Source of the DNA: Nemertoderma westbladi
Taxonomy: Eukaryota; Animalia; Xenacoelomorpha
DNA length: 64,000 nucleotides
Assembly: GCA_032718475.1 (NCBI GenBank)
Contig: JAUCBJ010008864.1
Location: 108,114 to 172,113, forward strand
Direction: 5' to 3'
Of the stretch, positions 37,444-49,000 are shown piece by piece. Under the pieces are notes generated by a model that worked only from the letters and a program-made list of their open reading frames with translations, did not search any database and had not been told where the DNA came from. Every line of letters starts with the position of its first letter. Positions within the stretch are counted from its first letter, which is position 1. A program made the position numbers and the translations under genes.

Positions 37444-38490
37444 TCTCTCGCTCACATATGTTCAGCCTACTTTCATTATATGGGATTCCTGGTGAAATTA
37501 TTGCAGCAATCAGATCAGTATATGATGGTTCAACAGCATTGATGGTTACACAGAATCTTTCGAAGTGATATGGGGAGTCCTCCAGGGAGACACACTTTCA
37601 CCATTATTATTCATAATTGTGGTTGACTGTTCTACGCATGGCCTTAGATCATCATAATGATGATGGGGTGATGGTAACTCCACCCACAGGCTCCAGAAGT
37701 CGAGGAAATCCTGCCAAGTACCTAACTGATCTAGACTTTGCTGATGACTTAGAAGTACTCTCAGAATCACTAGAAGAAGCCCAATGCCTTCTCAGCTCTT
37801 TAGAACAGACTGCTTCTAGTGTTGGTCATTTTGTAAACTCCAAGAAGACCACAATTTGACATTAAACTTTGAAAGTCCTCAGGAAATACCTGATTTTGTG
37901 AGCATAAACTCAAAGGCTGGTATGCTTGAGCATGTGGACCTGGATAACTTCTGTTACCTGGGATCATGGATCCGGAAGTCAGGTGCCTTCGAATACGTAA
38001 AGGAAAGGCATGGGCAGGCAGCCTTGAATAGGCTTTCCATGATTTGGAAGTCACCGATAATTAATCGGAAACTTAAGCTCCGATTATTTAAAGCAGCAGT
38101 AGTTCCAGTACTCCTCTATGGGAGTCCATGCTGGGCTCTAACTGCTGAGGACACCAAATCTCTGGATGGCACATTCACAATAATGCTACGCCGGGTTCAC
38201 TGTGTCAAGTGCAATGCGCACATCTCCAAGCATACACTATATAACAATGTGTCACATTGGTTGCCCCAAGCTTGACACTTGAACAAAGCCGCTTCCACTT
38301 TTCAAGTCATTGTTTTCGCCACGGGACCAACCAGTGCACAACCTAGTGCTTTGGCAGCCTCATGGAGAAAATAAGCATGGTGGACAGCCCATGGAATTCT
38401 TGTGACGCCCCTTAAATGATGCTGGATATTCTCTCAATCACCATGGTGGATAGTGAGTTGTGGAGGCGCAATTTTGTCGATAAGCCGGCA
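36955..38490 (+). mobile_element. Decayed RTE-clade LINE fragment (RT and C-terminus)
   Basis: RRNQNGF, LALRRIIEE, GVLQGDTLSPLLF, LTDLDFADDL, FCYLGSWI, VLLYGS..W; 3' part similar to 42460-42700 (-). Confidence 0.85.
37225..37440 (+). mobile_element. 5'-truncated SINE with L2-type tail inserted in the RTE fragment
   Basis: GTGTCCCTAGGCAAGACACTT and CAACCCAGCGGTATAATGGGAACC internal blocks, AAAGCGCTTTGAG...GAAAAGCGCTATATAAAT tail, (TAT)n; interrupts the RTE DF.K.FDS motif. Confidence 0.75.
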
Positions 38491-39392
38491 TAGCATTCGT
38501 AATGCACGCTGCATTGGGGGTGCCAATTGTGGATTGCATGGTTGTAGCAAAATATTTTTGTTAAGCCGGTATAGCATCTCAATGTTCAGTTTCAATGCAG
38601 CAGGTCGATTATAGAGATGTGATGCCAATGTCTCTTGGACAACAAAAATAATATAGCTGAATGAATAATATGGTTGAAAATACCGCCATGAAGTGGTACT
38701 GGGTAAGCATTATTTATATAATTTCGTGTTCGTGTTATAAATTTATAAAATATGAAGAGGTATTAGATTATTCTCACGAAATAATACGCACATTGTTGAT
38801 CTAAATTTTATTGAAAAACACAACGAATAAATGAATAATAAATTAAAACCCCAAAGCATTGATACGCACAAAATTAATCTATAATAGATATTTGCCCTAT
38901 TTGGCAAGAATTTGGAAACTAGAGTTGAATATAATTGACAATATATATCTTATATAATACATGTTTAAAATATCTAAAGTAGTGGTGCAGTAATAGTGAA
39001 CATATATTAATGAATAATTGAAAACTGACAAAATTGATATCTGCCTGGTCGTACTACAATATCCATAGGCTACAGAAATATTTAATACGTTTAAAATATT
39101 GCCAAACCAGTAGCAGTATGTTTGATTTTTAGTACAGGACGATTTATGTTGTTGGCCATAAATGGGGAAAATTATTATTAAGTCTATAAATTTAATAATG
39201 TTTTTTTCATCTAGCGACGAGAATGATCTGTAGAGACCAGGCGGTAACCTCCTTCCAGAAATTTGCGTCTAAATTCTCATTTTTTATAGAAGTTTGTCAG
39301 ATTCCATTATTTAATTATTATTATTAAATATATTTAAATATTAGTAGTGTACACATTATTACAGTATGGAATGTTCCTTCATTCAAAATCGT

Positions 39393-40177
39393 CTATATGA
39401 ATTTAACCGTAACTATAGCAACGACTAAAAGCAATGCGCTGATTATAAACTTCTCGGCACCACTGTTACATTCATCACCCTGGCAACAGTAAAAATTGCA
39501 GTCTTTCACTTCATCCGTATTGTAGGGCGAATATGTGTTACATTTTTTTTCTTCCGGCGGGCTCTCCGTAACAGCAGCACACTTTTTACTTTCATCGCAT
39601 CCCAAAGAAATTTGTCTGGTCTGGTTTACATAGAGCCAGTAGCAGTAATCCACATCCTTTGAGCACTCTTTTGAATTAGTCTGGAAAATGATAAACAAAT
39701 TAAAAATTGGTTTTTATTATTTTTTTTTTCACAAAGGGAAAAAGTCCACCCTTTTCTCACGTTTTTGGGGTATATTCAATCGAAAAAGTAACATTTTAAG
39801 AATAATTTTTATTTGTTTTAATGGATTACGTTTGAATATACACATTACGTTTGAACAGCTTCTTTCGTTCATTTATTTGTTTAAATTCAGATTTATAAAT
39901 TACAGTATGGTAATCAAAATGTCGAAACAAGAAAAATAATTTCAAAATCAATCAAATTTACAATCATTCTACAATCAAATCACTGAACCATTAATTAGGT
40001 TCAAATACTCACCTTTGTCACTAAGTTTTTGCCTTCCTTAATCTCATCCACACAGTCACCATAGTTTTTGGCTTCGCATTGGTATACTTTTGTCGATGGT
40101 TTAAAATTATCAAAGCAACGAATAGCCAACGACCCGGTTAGGCAGCCCAGAAATAATATAACTGTTGTTGTTTTCAT
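39393..40177 (-). CDS. Ly6/uPAR three-finger (Quiver/sleepless-like) GPI-anchored protein, exons 40177-40013 and 39680-39393, 150 aa
   Basis: Signal peptide MKTTTVILFLGCLTGSLA, AAG|GTGAGT donor, TTTTCCAG acceptor, phase 0, YCCQGDECN motif, hydrophobic C-terminal GPI signal. Confidence 0.88.
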
Positions 40178-40535
40178 CTTAGTATTTGTTGTTCAATTTT
40201 TATTAATTTAATATGTTTGAGGTTTGTACAATACAGTAACCTACAATTATATTTTAATGGCTACCAATTAAAATTTACCCAAAAAAACATAAAAAAGTAG
40301 CAAAACGCATACTTTCTGCACCAAATAATTTACTCATTGACCAAATAACATACAAGCGGGCCAACAAAAATAACGCAAGAACAAAACACATACTTTTTGG
40401 ACCAAATAATTTACTTGTTGACCAAAAAAATACATCTGAACTAATGTTATAAATTCGACCCAAAGATTAAAACATCAACCCCAAAACACACATATACTAC
40501 ACTAAAAACGCATGTGCTGTGCAGGTTACATGTAA

Positions 40536-41180
40536 TCTTCTCTAGAAAATTATGAACGTCTGTTTGCTTGTTTGTTGTCACAACTCATCTGTAGGGAAGC
40601 CATGGAGAAAGCATAATTAATTCATGTAATGACATGTTCGCAACAGACACCCCACCCGACTCCTGCCATTGGATTTACTTGCTACCTCAGCTTGCTGTAG
40701 TTCAATAAAATTGCGTTAACGTCTACAATATGGAGAAAAATCCTTCCCCCATTCACTAACATGGGTAGGTGTGAGCCTGCATGGGCGAATATTACATATA
40801 TACACTAATTTTTAATCAATAAATAACCATACATCTCTACATTAAACATTCAAATAAAATAATAAAATACAAACTTTGTGAGAATGGGACACAGTAAATC
40901 AGGCAAAGTTATTTTTATACAGCGTTAGCTTAATTTTAGCTCCTTAAATAATTAATAACCGAATACAAGAACCCAAATAATCGATACATTTCTTTGTATA
41001 GTTAACAACCAAGTACTCTGCTTGCTGTTTATGCTGCTTAGTCTATGTAATAAAAAATTTATGTTCATGTTCATCAGAGCTAAAAACTTAACTCAGCTAC
41101 AAACTCTTATAAAACCGCTAAGAGATAGAATTATGCTGTTTACCCGCCCTCAAGGCCAGGAGGGCGGGTATTCCAACTAG
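40536..41180 (+). mobile_element. Non-autonomous Helitron
   Basis: 3' end: 10-bp stem TACCCGCCCT (41141-41150)/AGGGCGGGTA (41161-41170) then CTAG|T at 41177-41181; probable 5' A|TC at 40535-40537 followed by GTTT-type repeats (5' end less certain). Confidence 0.75.
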
Positions 41181-43791
41181 TATATATATATAAATTGGGG
41201 TTAGAAAGTATTGTTTTTATAAAATATATAAAAATCGGGGCAATGTAAATACTTTGGGACGAATATAAATAATTTGGTGCGAAAACTATGTAATCTGGGA
41301 GAGAAATATGTATTTAGACGTACCTTTCATGTATATTGAAAGAAAACTTCGTTTTGAGGCGGAAAAAAAATATATTTAGCGCGAAAACTCTGGGAAAGAA
41401 ATAATTTGTAGTCTATTTTAATGCATGCAGTTATTTTATATTGGTGGGTACAAGTCTGGCATATATCATATACTTTCTACACTAACATTCATACCATGTC
41501 AATGATTGTACAGTATTCGTAACCCTCTCCCTATACGTATGATTTTATTTGCTTTCCATTTAAATATATTATTAATACTGTCTAGACCGAAATTTACAGC
41601 GAAACTGAATCTCACATCAGAATACCAATAGTGGACCAGGTTTATTACGAAAAACTTATATAACAATATGTTATAAAAATGGTCAGTCATCACTAAGGCG
41701 CACTTATTATTAATTCGCAGCCAGCAGCAGTGCCCCACGTTATTACTCCCATCCAACATCCCTTGGGCTGCATGTAATAATGTTTTGCAATTCCCATTGA
41801 TTATTGATTTATTATAGATCGACTATCATTGCTGCAATGCTGACTCACTTCCTACAAGGCCGTTTCTGTTATATTGCAGATATTGTGCACTGGATGTTCT
41901 ACTGTATTTTTAATGGCAACGCTACGCTATGGCCTTAGAAGTTCGCAATGCCCTCTTACTGTGCGCACCATATGTGTGCATTAAGAAAGACCACTTACTC
42001 CATCTCCCTCAATACAGCAACCATTTTTAGCAAGTCAATGGTGGTTTGTAAGTCACTATATGATGATTATTTATTATTAAAAATCACAACATATACACAA
42101 TTGAGAAACTAATAATTAATTTAAAATGATGAAAATCCAAAGTTTTAGTAATACAAAAATCAAAATTCGCCACACAGTTAAAAGTATCATGGAAAGCCTG
42201 CGAGTCTCCCGCCAGATACCATTCATTAATAGGCATATGAAGGATACAGGTAAAAGTGTCATTCCTAAGACTTAATAGTTTTAAATAAAATTTAAGAAGT
42301 AAAAATTAATGTTTCATTCAAAAAACACCAAAGCCAGAATCGTCATTATGTCTTCTAGGACAGTTTCACACAACTTCTGAGCATTATCGGCCAAATACTA
42401 CTACTACTACTACTACTAGTATCGGCATGCTGCATTGCAGCTGCATTTTTAAGAATGCTGTGCCGGCTTGTCGACAAAATTGCGCCACCACAACTCCCTA
42501 TCACCCATGACATTTGCTAGATCATCCGCATCTTCATGGCCAGTGTCCTCTAAGATGCGTCTCAAGAAAGTCATGGGCTGTCCATCATGCTTATTCACTC
42601 CATGAGGCTGCCAAAGTACAAGATTATGCACTGGCTTGTCCTCACGGCGAAAGCAATGTCCTGCAAAGCGGAGGCAATTTTGTTCTAGTGTCATGCTTGA
42701 GGGAATTGTGAGGCTTGTGATGCTTGAGGCTTGTAGATTAACAGAGTACTGCCTGTTCAGGGACCTAGATACAGCCTTAACTGCATTCTTGGCTGATGTA
42801 GTATGTTTGAGTTGGGACTCTTTCTGCGCCTTATAGAGGTCATTTCGGCACTTCTGAATTTTGTTGTCAGTCCAGGGGACCCTTTTCCTGTTTCGAGGGT
42901 ACAATGTTTCGAGGAACTGTTTCTTCAGCTGCTAACTTAACTGCTTCTGTGAAGGCAGTATAGCCCTCACTGATAAGTCCAGTAGTATACCGCCTACCGG
43001 ATCCTAGTAATGAAGTGCTTTACTGTAGAATCTAGCAGTGTATACCGGTTCGTACAGTATCTGACAAGAAATCCCAGTCCAGGGTGTCTAAATAAACAGA
43101 ATCTAAGTACACAAACTATTACTGGCGAGGGAACGGAGCCTGATGTCAATTCTAATACGCGGGCGAATCAAATGCCTGGGCTAACTAGACAAACGGGATA
43201 CCCGGCCTCTAACCGGTGAGGCAGATATACAGTCTACAGATACAGACCAAACTCACGGGATAACAATCCCCGTGTAGCGAATCCTAACTATCACTAATAG
43301 ACCTAAAATACTGTAAACTTGGCGCTGTGTGATTTATATGGGTATATACGAGCTAATGGGTCAACGACACTAGCGTAAAACAATACTGCCGACAGGAAAA
43401 TACCAGTCAAAAGGGTGCCTCTATGCCTGAATAAAACAAATACTAAATATCTCCTCAAATAATAGAATACTCTTACTGTAATCAGTAGCTAGTGGATCTC
43501 AAGACGCGCGTGTGTGTGTGTATGTCACGAATAAAACAATTTTGGTGTATTGCCATTATACTAGGTTTTGGTGATTTTAATCAAAATAACAATACCGGGC
43601 GCGCGCTAACTACTCGAATAAGCTAGTCGCATGCTGTAGGCGCAATACTTACAAACTGACGTCAAAAGGGCTCTCTCCTCCTTCATTCACAACTCAACCG
43701 GGCAATTACAGTGTTAGTAACTACGGCACTAATACCAGATTCTGATTGTGAGATAAGGAAATAGGTGTTAATTTACTACCATACGTCTAGC

Positions 43792-44074
43792 ACAGGTTCC
43801 ACCTTGGTGTAGTGGTCGCATTGAATTCACATCTCCCGTGGGTCGTGGGTTCGATCCTCACATGGGCCAGGGCAGTTTTCGTTTCGGCACGAATGCTTTA
43901 AAGGGACCAGCCAGGGCGCATCTCTGCCTTGCATCCTTAAGTGGTAGCTAAATGAGTACTGGAGTTTCCTCTGGGGAGTAAAGTTCTGGGGGGACCGCAC
44001 TGGAAATAAGTCGTCAGACTTTGTGCGTAATCCCTGGCCTAGCGGCCGAAGAAAATTTACTTTTTTTTACTTTA
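43792..44074 (+). mobile_element. tRNA-derived SINE inserted in the 3' LTR only
   Basis: A box TGGTGTAGTGG, B box GGTTCGATCC, AAATGAGTAC internal block, TTTAC-type tail, CTAGC on both flanks; absent from the 5' LTR at about 52105. Confidence 0.88.
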
Positions 44075-44880
44075 CTAGCTGATCTGGTATACAAATTAGA
44101 TTCTAGAACTTTGTTACTGCGGTGGTCAGCAGGAAATACCTATCAGTATGTGGCAAGGATATGGATGCGGTAGGATGTTAGTAAACCTCCCTAAGCCAAA
44201 CATGTGCCGGTAGCAGAAAGCTGCCTCTTGCCTGATCAAATACTTTGGAATCAGACAGCTCAGTCAATCTATAAGGCCTACAAAGCTAACCGGTACTGTA
44301 CTGTCAGTACTGCAAATCACCAAATTATAGAGCATGCTATTCGCACGTAAGTGTACTTGCGCGTACTGACGAACAGCAACAGCTTGCACCTGTAGGAGAT
44401 ACAGGTTGACCGGGGTTTTTTCCTGTCCGAATCTGAGATATTTAATCCTAAATTTTACGGCGTCCCAGGACGGCGTCACGCTTTACCCTGATCTAAAGTC
44501 TTATGGCGGGCAAGGGCGCCGAACAAAGTCATACCTTCCTCTGATGTGGGCGCTTTCAGGCAATGGGGCATGCTTTCAAATGGATAGGCGAAAATAATGT
44601 GAGCTCCTCAATGCGTCATGGACATCCTTTCCCTTGCGTTGCTGACACCTAATGGTCTAGGCAGCCATTTTCCGAAGCGTTTGGCTGTCTCAAGATAGAT
44701 ATGTTAAAACTACATGGCTGAGAGTTGCAGTATATTTAACGTAATTATAAAAACCTTAACTTTACAAAATAACAAAAGGGCGAATTAAACTAAAGTAAGA
44801 CTAAGGCAAATGAATAAGGTAAGATATTAATTAGGGCTGGTGCTACTAAGAATAAGTGATAACCGAAAGGCAAACCGCCC

Positions 44881-45020
44881 CTTATATAGCAAATCCTAAG
44901 CATGGAATCAACTAGAACATTCTACAACATTCTATGAACGCACATTGGAGCAATAAATTGTCAAGTGCCCTACGATTGGCCCAACCCATCATTCCACGTG
45001 TTGTACGCACCCCATTGGCT
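44881..45020 (-). promoter_or_regulatory. Candidate LTR Pol II promoter (TATATAAG with upstream CCAAT boxes); copy at about 52897-53036
   Basis: Plus-strand CTTATATAG at 44881-44889 and ATTGG at about 44944, 44975 and 45014, conserved in both LTRs. Confidence 0.55.
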
Positions 45021-45054
45021 TATCTAAATTAATGAAACCGAAAATATAATAGCC

Positions 45055-45140
45055 CAAAATACAAATTTACCAACCCAGATTCGAACCCCTAACCTACTTA
45101 GAATGTAACCCCCGCCTTAACCTACTCGACCACTGCGCCA
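45055..45140 (-). ncRNA. tRNA-derived Pol III module within the LTR (copy at about 53071-53157); not a complete tRNA
   Basis: Minus strand GCAGTGGTCGAGTAGGTTAAGGCG...GGTTCGAATCT followed by TTTT. Confidence 0.55.
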
Positions 45141-47861
45141 ACAGAAACCCCAGCGAAATTATAACTACGTTAGGAAATAGACATATTACCACTACTACAA
45201 ATCAAGGCAAAATACGTCGGATTTAGAAAGTTTTTTACGTAGTACTGTAGATATCTACTTAACAGTGAAATAGTCCCACACCGCTCCATGAAAACAGTAA
45301 GTAAGACTGTTTTCACCAATCGAAACACAAATTAATGACTAAAATATCTCTCTAAATCTATGGTAGGGCCTAAATATAAAATAATCACTGCTTTAAATCT
45401 ATTGCATACTAAATATTGCGGGTACTGCGTAAATATAAAACCTTTGTGTATATGTACATACAAATACAAATTTACTATCTAATATTATCTAACTTGGTGC
45501 ATGAAATATAAAAGGGCTTCAGTTATCCAAAATTAAACAAATTAAGAAATTAAAGCGAAATAATTTCAACCTTTATACGATATAATATTGCAATACACGA
45601 CGAATGCATATATATCGGTTACGTATCATTACGTTTTATACTGTTGTGTTCTACTAGAGGAAGCACAAACAGAGGTTAGATGTGAGGAGACTTAGACTTT
45701 TGTCGGCTTTGGGCTCAACTTTGCTCTAAAACCCCTACACATTTGCCTAAGATTTCGGGTTCCGCGTGATTTCGCACTGGCTCCTAATCCAATAAAATGT
45801 GCTGATTTCAGGCATTTTAGACGATTTCAGGCAAACTAGCCGTGAGTCTAAAATTCTCACCTTTTAATTCCAAACTACTCCCAAAAAAAATAACGCAGTC
45901 GAGAATTAGCCAGACCTTAAAATATAATAATGGATACGACTGTTAGAACAAGGCCGATTTTATTTTCCAAGAAATATCGCTAGGCTCGAAAGCCTTCCAT
46001 CCGCTCTTGTCCCTCCCCTAATTTTGGTTCCATCCGACCATATCCTAGAATCTGTCCACTGGAGAATCGTTTTTCTTAAAAATTATAAATCCAAATGGAT
46101 TATCTAAAATTTTTGAAAAATTGTCTCACTTGTGGGTTCCAAGTGGAATTCCATTTCTTCTTTACACACAATCCCGCTCCTATGTGATACATAAGGGTAC
46201 TACCCTCAATGTTCACATATAAAGACAATTGAATTCCACCGCTGTCTCTAATCTATAGTGTAGAGGAATACAATGTACAGGAATACAGTGTACAGGTATA
46301 CAGTAGGACTATGTGTCGACCATCAAGGGTCCCACATCTCTATTTTCGAGGTTTTGGTGGAGATTTGTAATATACTGTCTCGTTTCTAGTCTCCTCAAGG
46401 AGCACAAGATGCTGTACAGGTCTATCTCCGTACAGGAACGTCAATAGTCCGTACAGTCACTGTCCTTATTATGCCATCTGATGTTGGGTGTATGGTCAAA
46501 ATGACTCCAGTCAGCCAAAACTGTCGTTTCAAGTTGGTTTCTGCCAATAATATATGGTCACCACGCTTCAGACATCGGGTATTAAGGTACAAGGTGGTTC
46601 TGGCTGAAATAGAGGGCAAATAATGCTTCTGCCATACTTCCCAGAACTTATTGGTTAATAGCTGAGTGATTTTCCAGGCTTTGTTGCCACAACTGTCACT
46701 GTCAACAGAGGTACAGAAGTGGGCAACAATGTCGCCGGCACCTGCATAAGCAGGTGCACTGGTGTCAAGGCAAACTGAGATTGGTTGTCGTCTGGGATCA
46801 AAGCGATGGGCCTAGTATTTAGTACCGCCTCGATTTCTATTAATAACACCATCAGTTGGTCGTCTGTCAATATGCATTGCGTCAGTATTACATTAGCCAT
46901 TGCCATTTTAATTGATCCAATCAACCTCTCTCTCCCAAACTCCGCCTATCCACGGACTGTCGGAAGTGTTAAAGCTCCAGACAATTCTGTGAGGATGTAG
47001 TTTGTTGGAGATTTGATTTTGGTCCAAATTCTTCAAGGCTCTGGAAATTTCGTTCCGCGCACCCACAAAGTTGGTCCCTTGGTCACAATGTATGGATTTT
47101 ACCAATCCACATCTAGCGATAAATCGCCGTAAGGCTAGGAGGATAAAGGCGTTGGTGGTTAGATCTGTTACACGTTCAATATGGACAGCTCTACTGGCCA
47201 TGCAGGTAAAAATCAGTCCCCAACGTTTAACCTGTACCCGTCCGCATTTTGCGATTATGGGTCCAAAACAGTCTATCCCCGTCTCGGTGAGTGGGGGTCT
47301 AAAGGCCTGTAACCGAGCTAATGATAGTTCACTCATTTCTTGGTGTCCTATCCTCGCGTGCACCTTCTTACAAATAATACAGTTACGTGTTACTGAACTC
47401 AGTGCCTTACTAGGCCTAATCAGTACAAATCTCGAGCGTATGTGTGATAAAAGTGATGTCTACCTATGTGTTTGAGTTGTACGTGTGCGTCTAGTATCAT
47501 AGCGTGCTGTAATTCATGGTGTTGCGGTATGATGATGAGATACCTCAAGTCAATAGTAAAGTCAATGTTTTGGAGTCTGGACTTGTGACAAAGCAAGCCC
47601 TTGTAAATTATTGGACTCCAACTCAAGATCAGTGAAGACTTTATCTGTATCTTTATCTTTATCTGATGGCTGTGAACTCTTGTGCGAAATATCGCAATTG
47701 ATAATGTTTTATAATATCAATATCACAACTATCAACTTCAGCCAAGGTTAGTCTTCTTGGAAAGTCGTGTTTGCCTCTGGCATATTGTCTCAAACATTTG
47801 ACCCATGCTAACATGCTGCACGCGTCCGTCCATGATCTAGTCAAGTTAACTATCCTGTCAA

Positions 47862-49000
47862 CATAAGTGCTGGTGATGTCATCTCACAAGTGGATACTTG
47901 TTTGGACTTAGTAGGACGCGGGCCTTCCGGTGAGTGTCTCCCTTTGTGCAATGGGTTTGTCTGAGTCCTTAAGTACTTTAATCTCCACGGTTTTACCTTT
48001 ACCATCCACACTCGGTGAGTTGACTAGTAGTATTGGTTTTAACTCTACGGTATCAGTGTGTTCCTGTGGGCTTGTAAGCCTTTTAACTTTAGTCACACTT
48101 TTACCCATAACGTAAGTGTCAACGTAAGTGCTGGTACGTCATCTCGCAAGTGGATACTTGTTTGGACTTGGTAGGCCCACGGGCCTTCCGGTGAGTGTCT
48201 CCCTTTGTGCAATGGGTTTGTCTGAGTCCTTAAGTACTTTAATCTCCATGGTCATACCTTTTCCATCCACACTCGGTAAGTTGACTGGTAGTATTGGTTT
48301 CAACTCTACGGTATCAGTGTGTTCCTGTGGGCTTGTAAGCCTTTTAACTTTAGTCACACTTTTACCCGTAGGCTGTAAGTCAAGTATTTTCCTTGAGCGG
48401 AGTGTGACACCTGTTGCCATACTGTCGTCATGGTCACTCAAGGAGGTCAAAGTAGGTAAGTTGGTAACACCTAATGGGTTTGTACTAGTCCGCTCCAATG
48501 GGTTCATTGCAGCATCATAGCACATGTCGCTACTTTCCAGTTGATCGTCTAGTGGAAAGTCTGGTAGACAGTCTGGTGAGGCATCCGGCGAACAGTCTGG
48601 TGAGACATCTGGTGAAACATATCACAGAACTTCCAGCGAAATGTTCTGTCATCTGTCCCATAGAAAGTCTGGCACAGTTTCTGGTCTAAAGTCTGGTGGA
48701 CAGTCTGGAGAGATCTCTGGTCAAGCATCTGGTGGAAAATCCACCAAAAACTCTGGTGGAAAATCTGGTGAGATGTCCGGTAGACAATCTGTCGAGAACT
48801 CCATAAAGCAGTCTGACGAAGAATCCAGAAAATAATCTGGTGGACAGTCTGGCGAATAATCTGGCGAGACATCTGGTGAACAATCTGGCGAAACGTCTGG
48901 TGAAATCCCCCGCAGAACATCCGGCGAAAGATTCGTCGAATTGGTCGAATGTCTGGTGAGACGTCTGGCATAATGTCTGGTCGAATGTCCAGGTCATTAG
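47862..49000 (-). repeat. Low-complexity insert in Bel/Pao pol: 12-bp-period Pro/Asp repeats (about 48550-48985) and an approximately 250-bp tandem duplication (47862-48110 / 48123-48370)
   Basis: Recurring TCTGG with 12-nt period; duplicated AAGTGGATACTTGTTTGGACTT...CACTTTTACCC block. Confidence 0.85.

Larger units (their letters stand above)
42971..45280 (-). repeat. 3' LTR (about 2.0 kb plus inserted SINE)
   Basis: Collinear with 51915-53297 from about 43606; ends TCCCACA; short purine tract GGAGCGG precedes it on the minus strand. Confidence 0.9.

Noticed and set aside
43792-43870. Functional tRNA gene
   Set aside because: No proper cloverleaf; continues into a SINE body and tail and is inserted in one LTR only.
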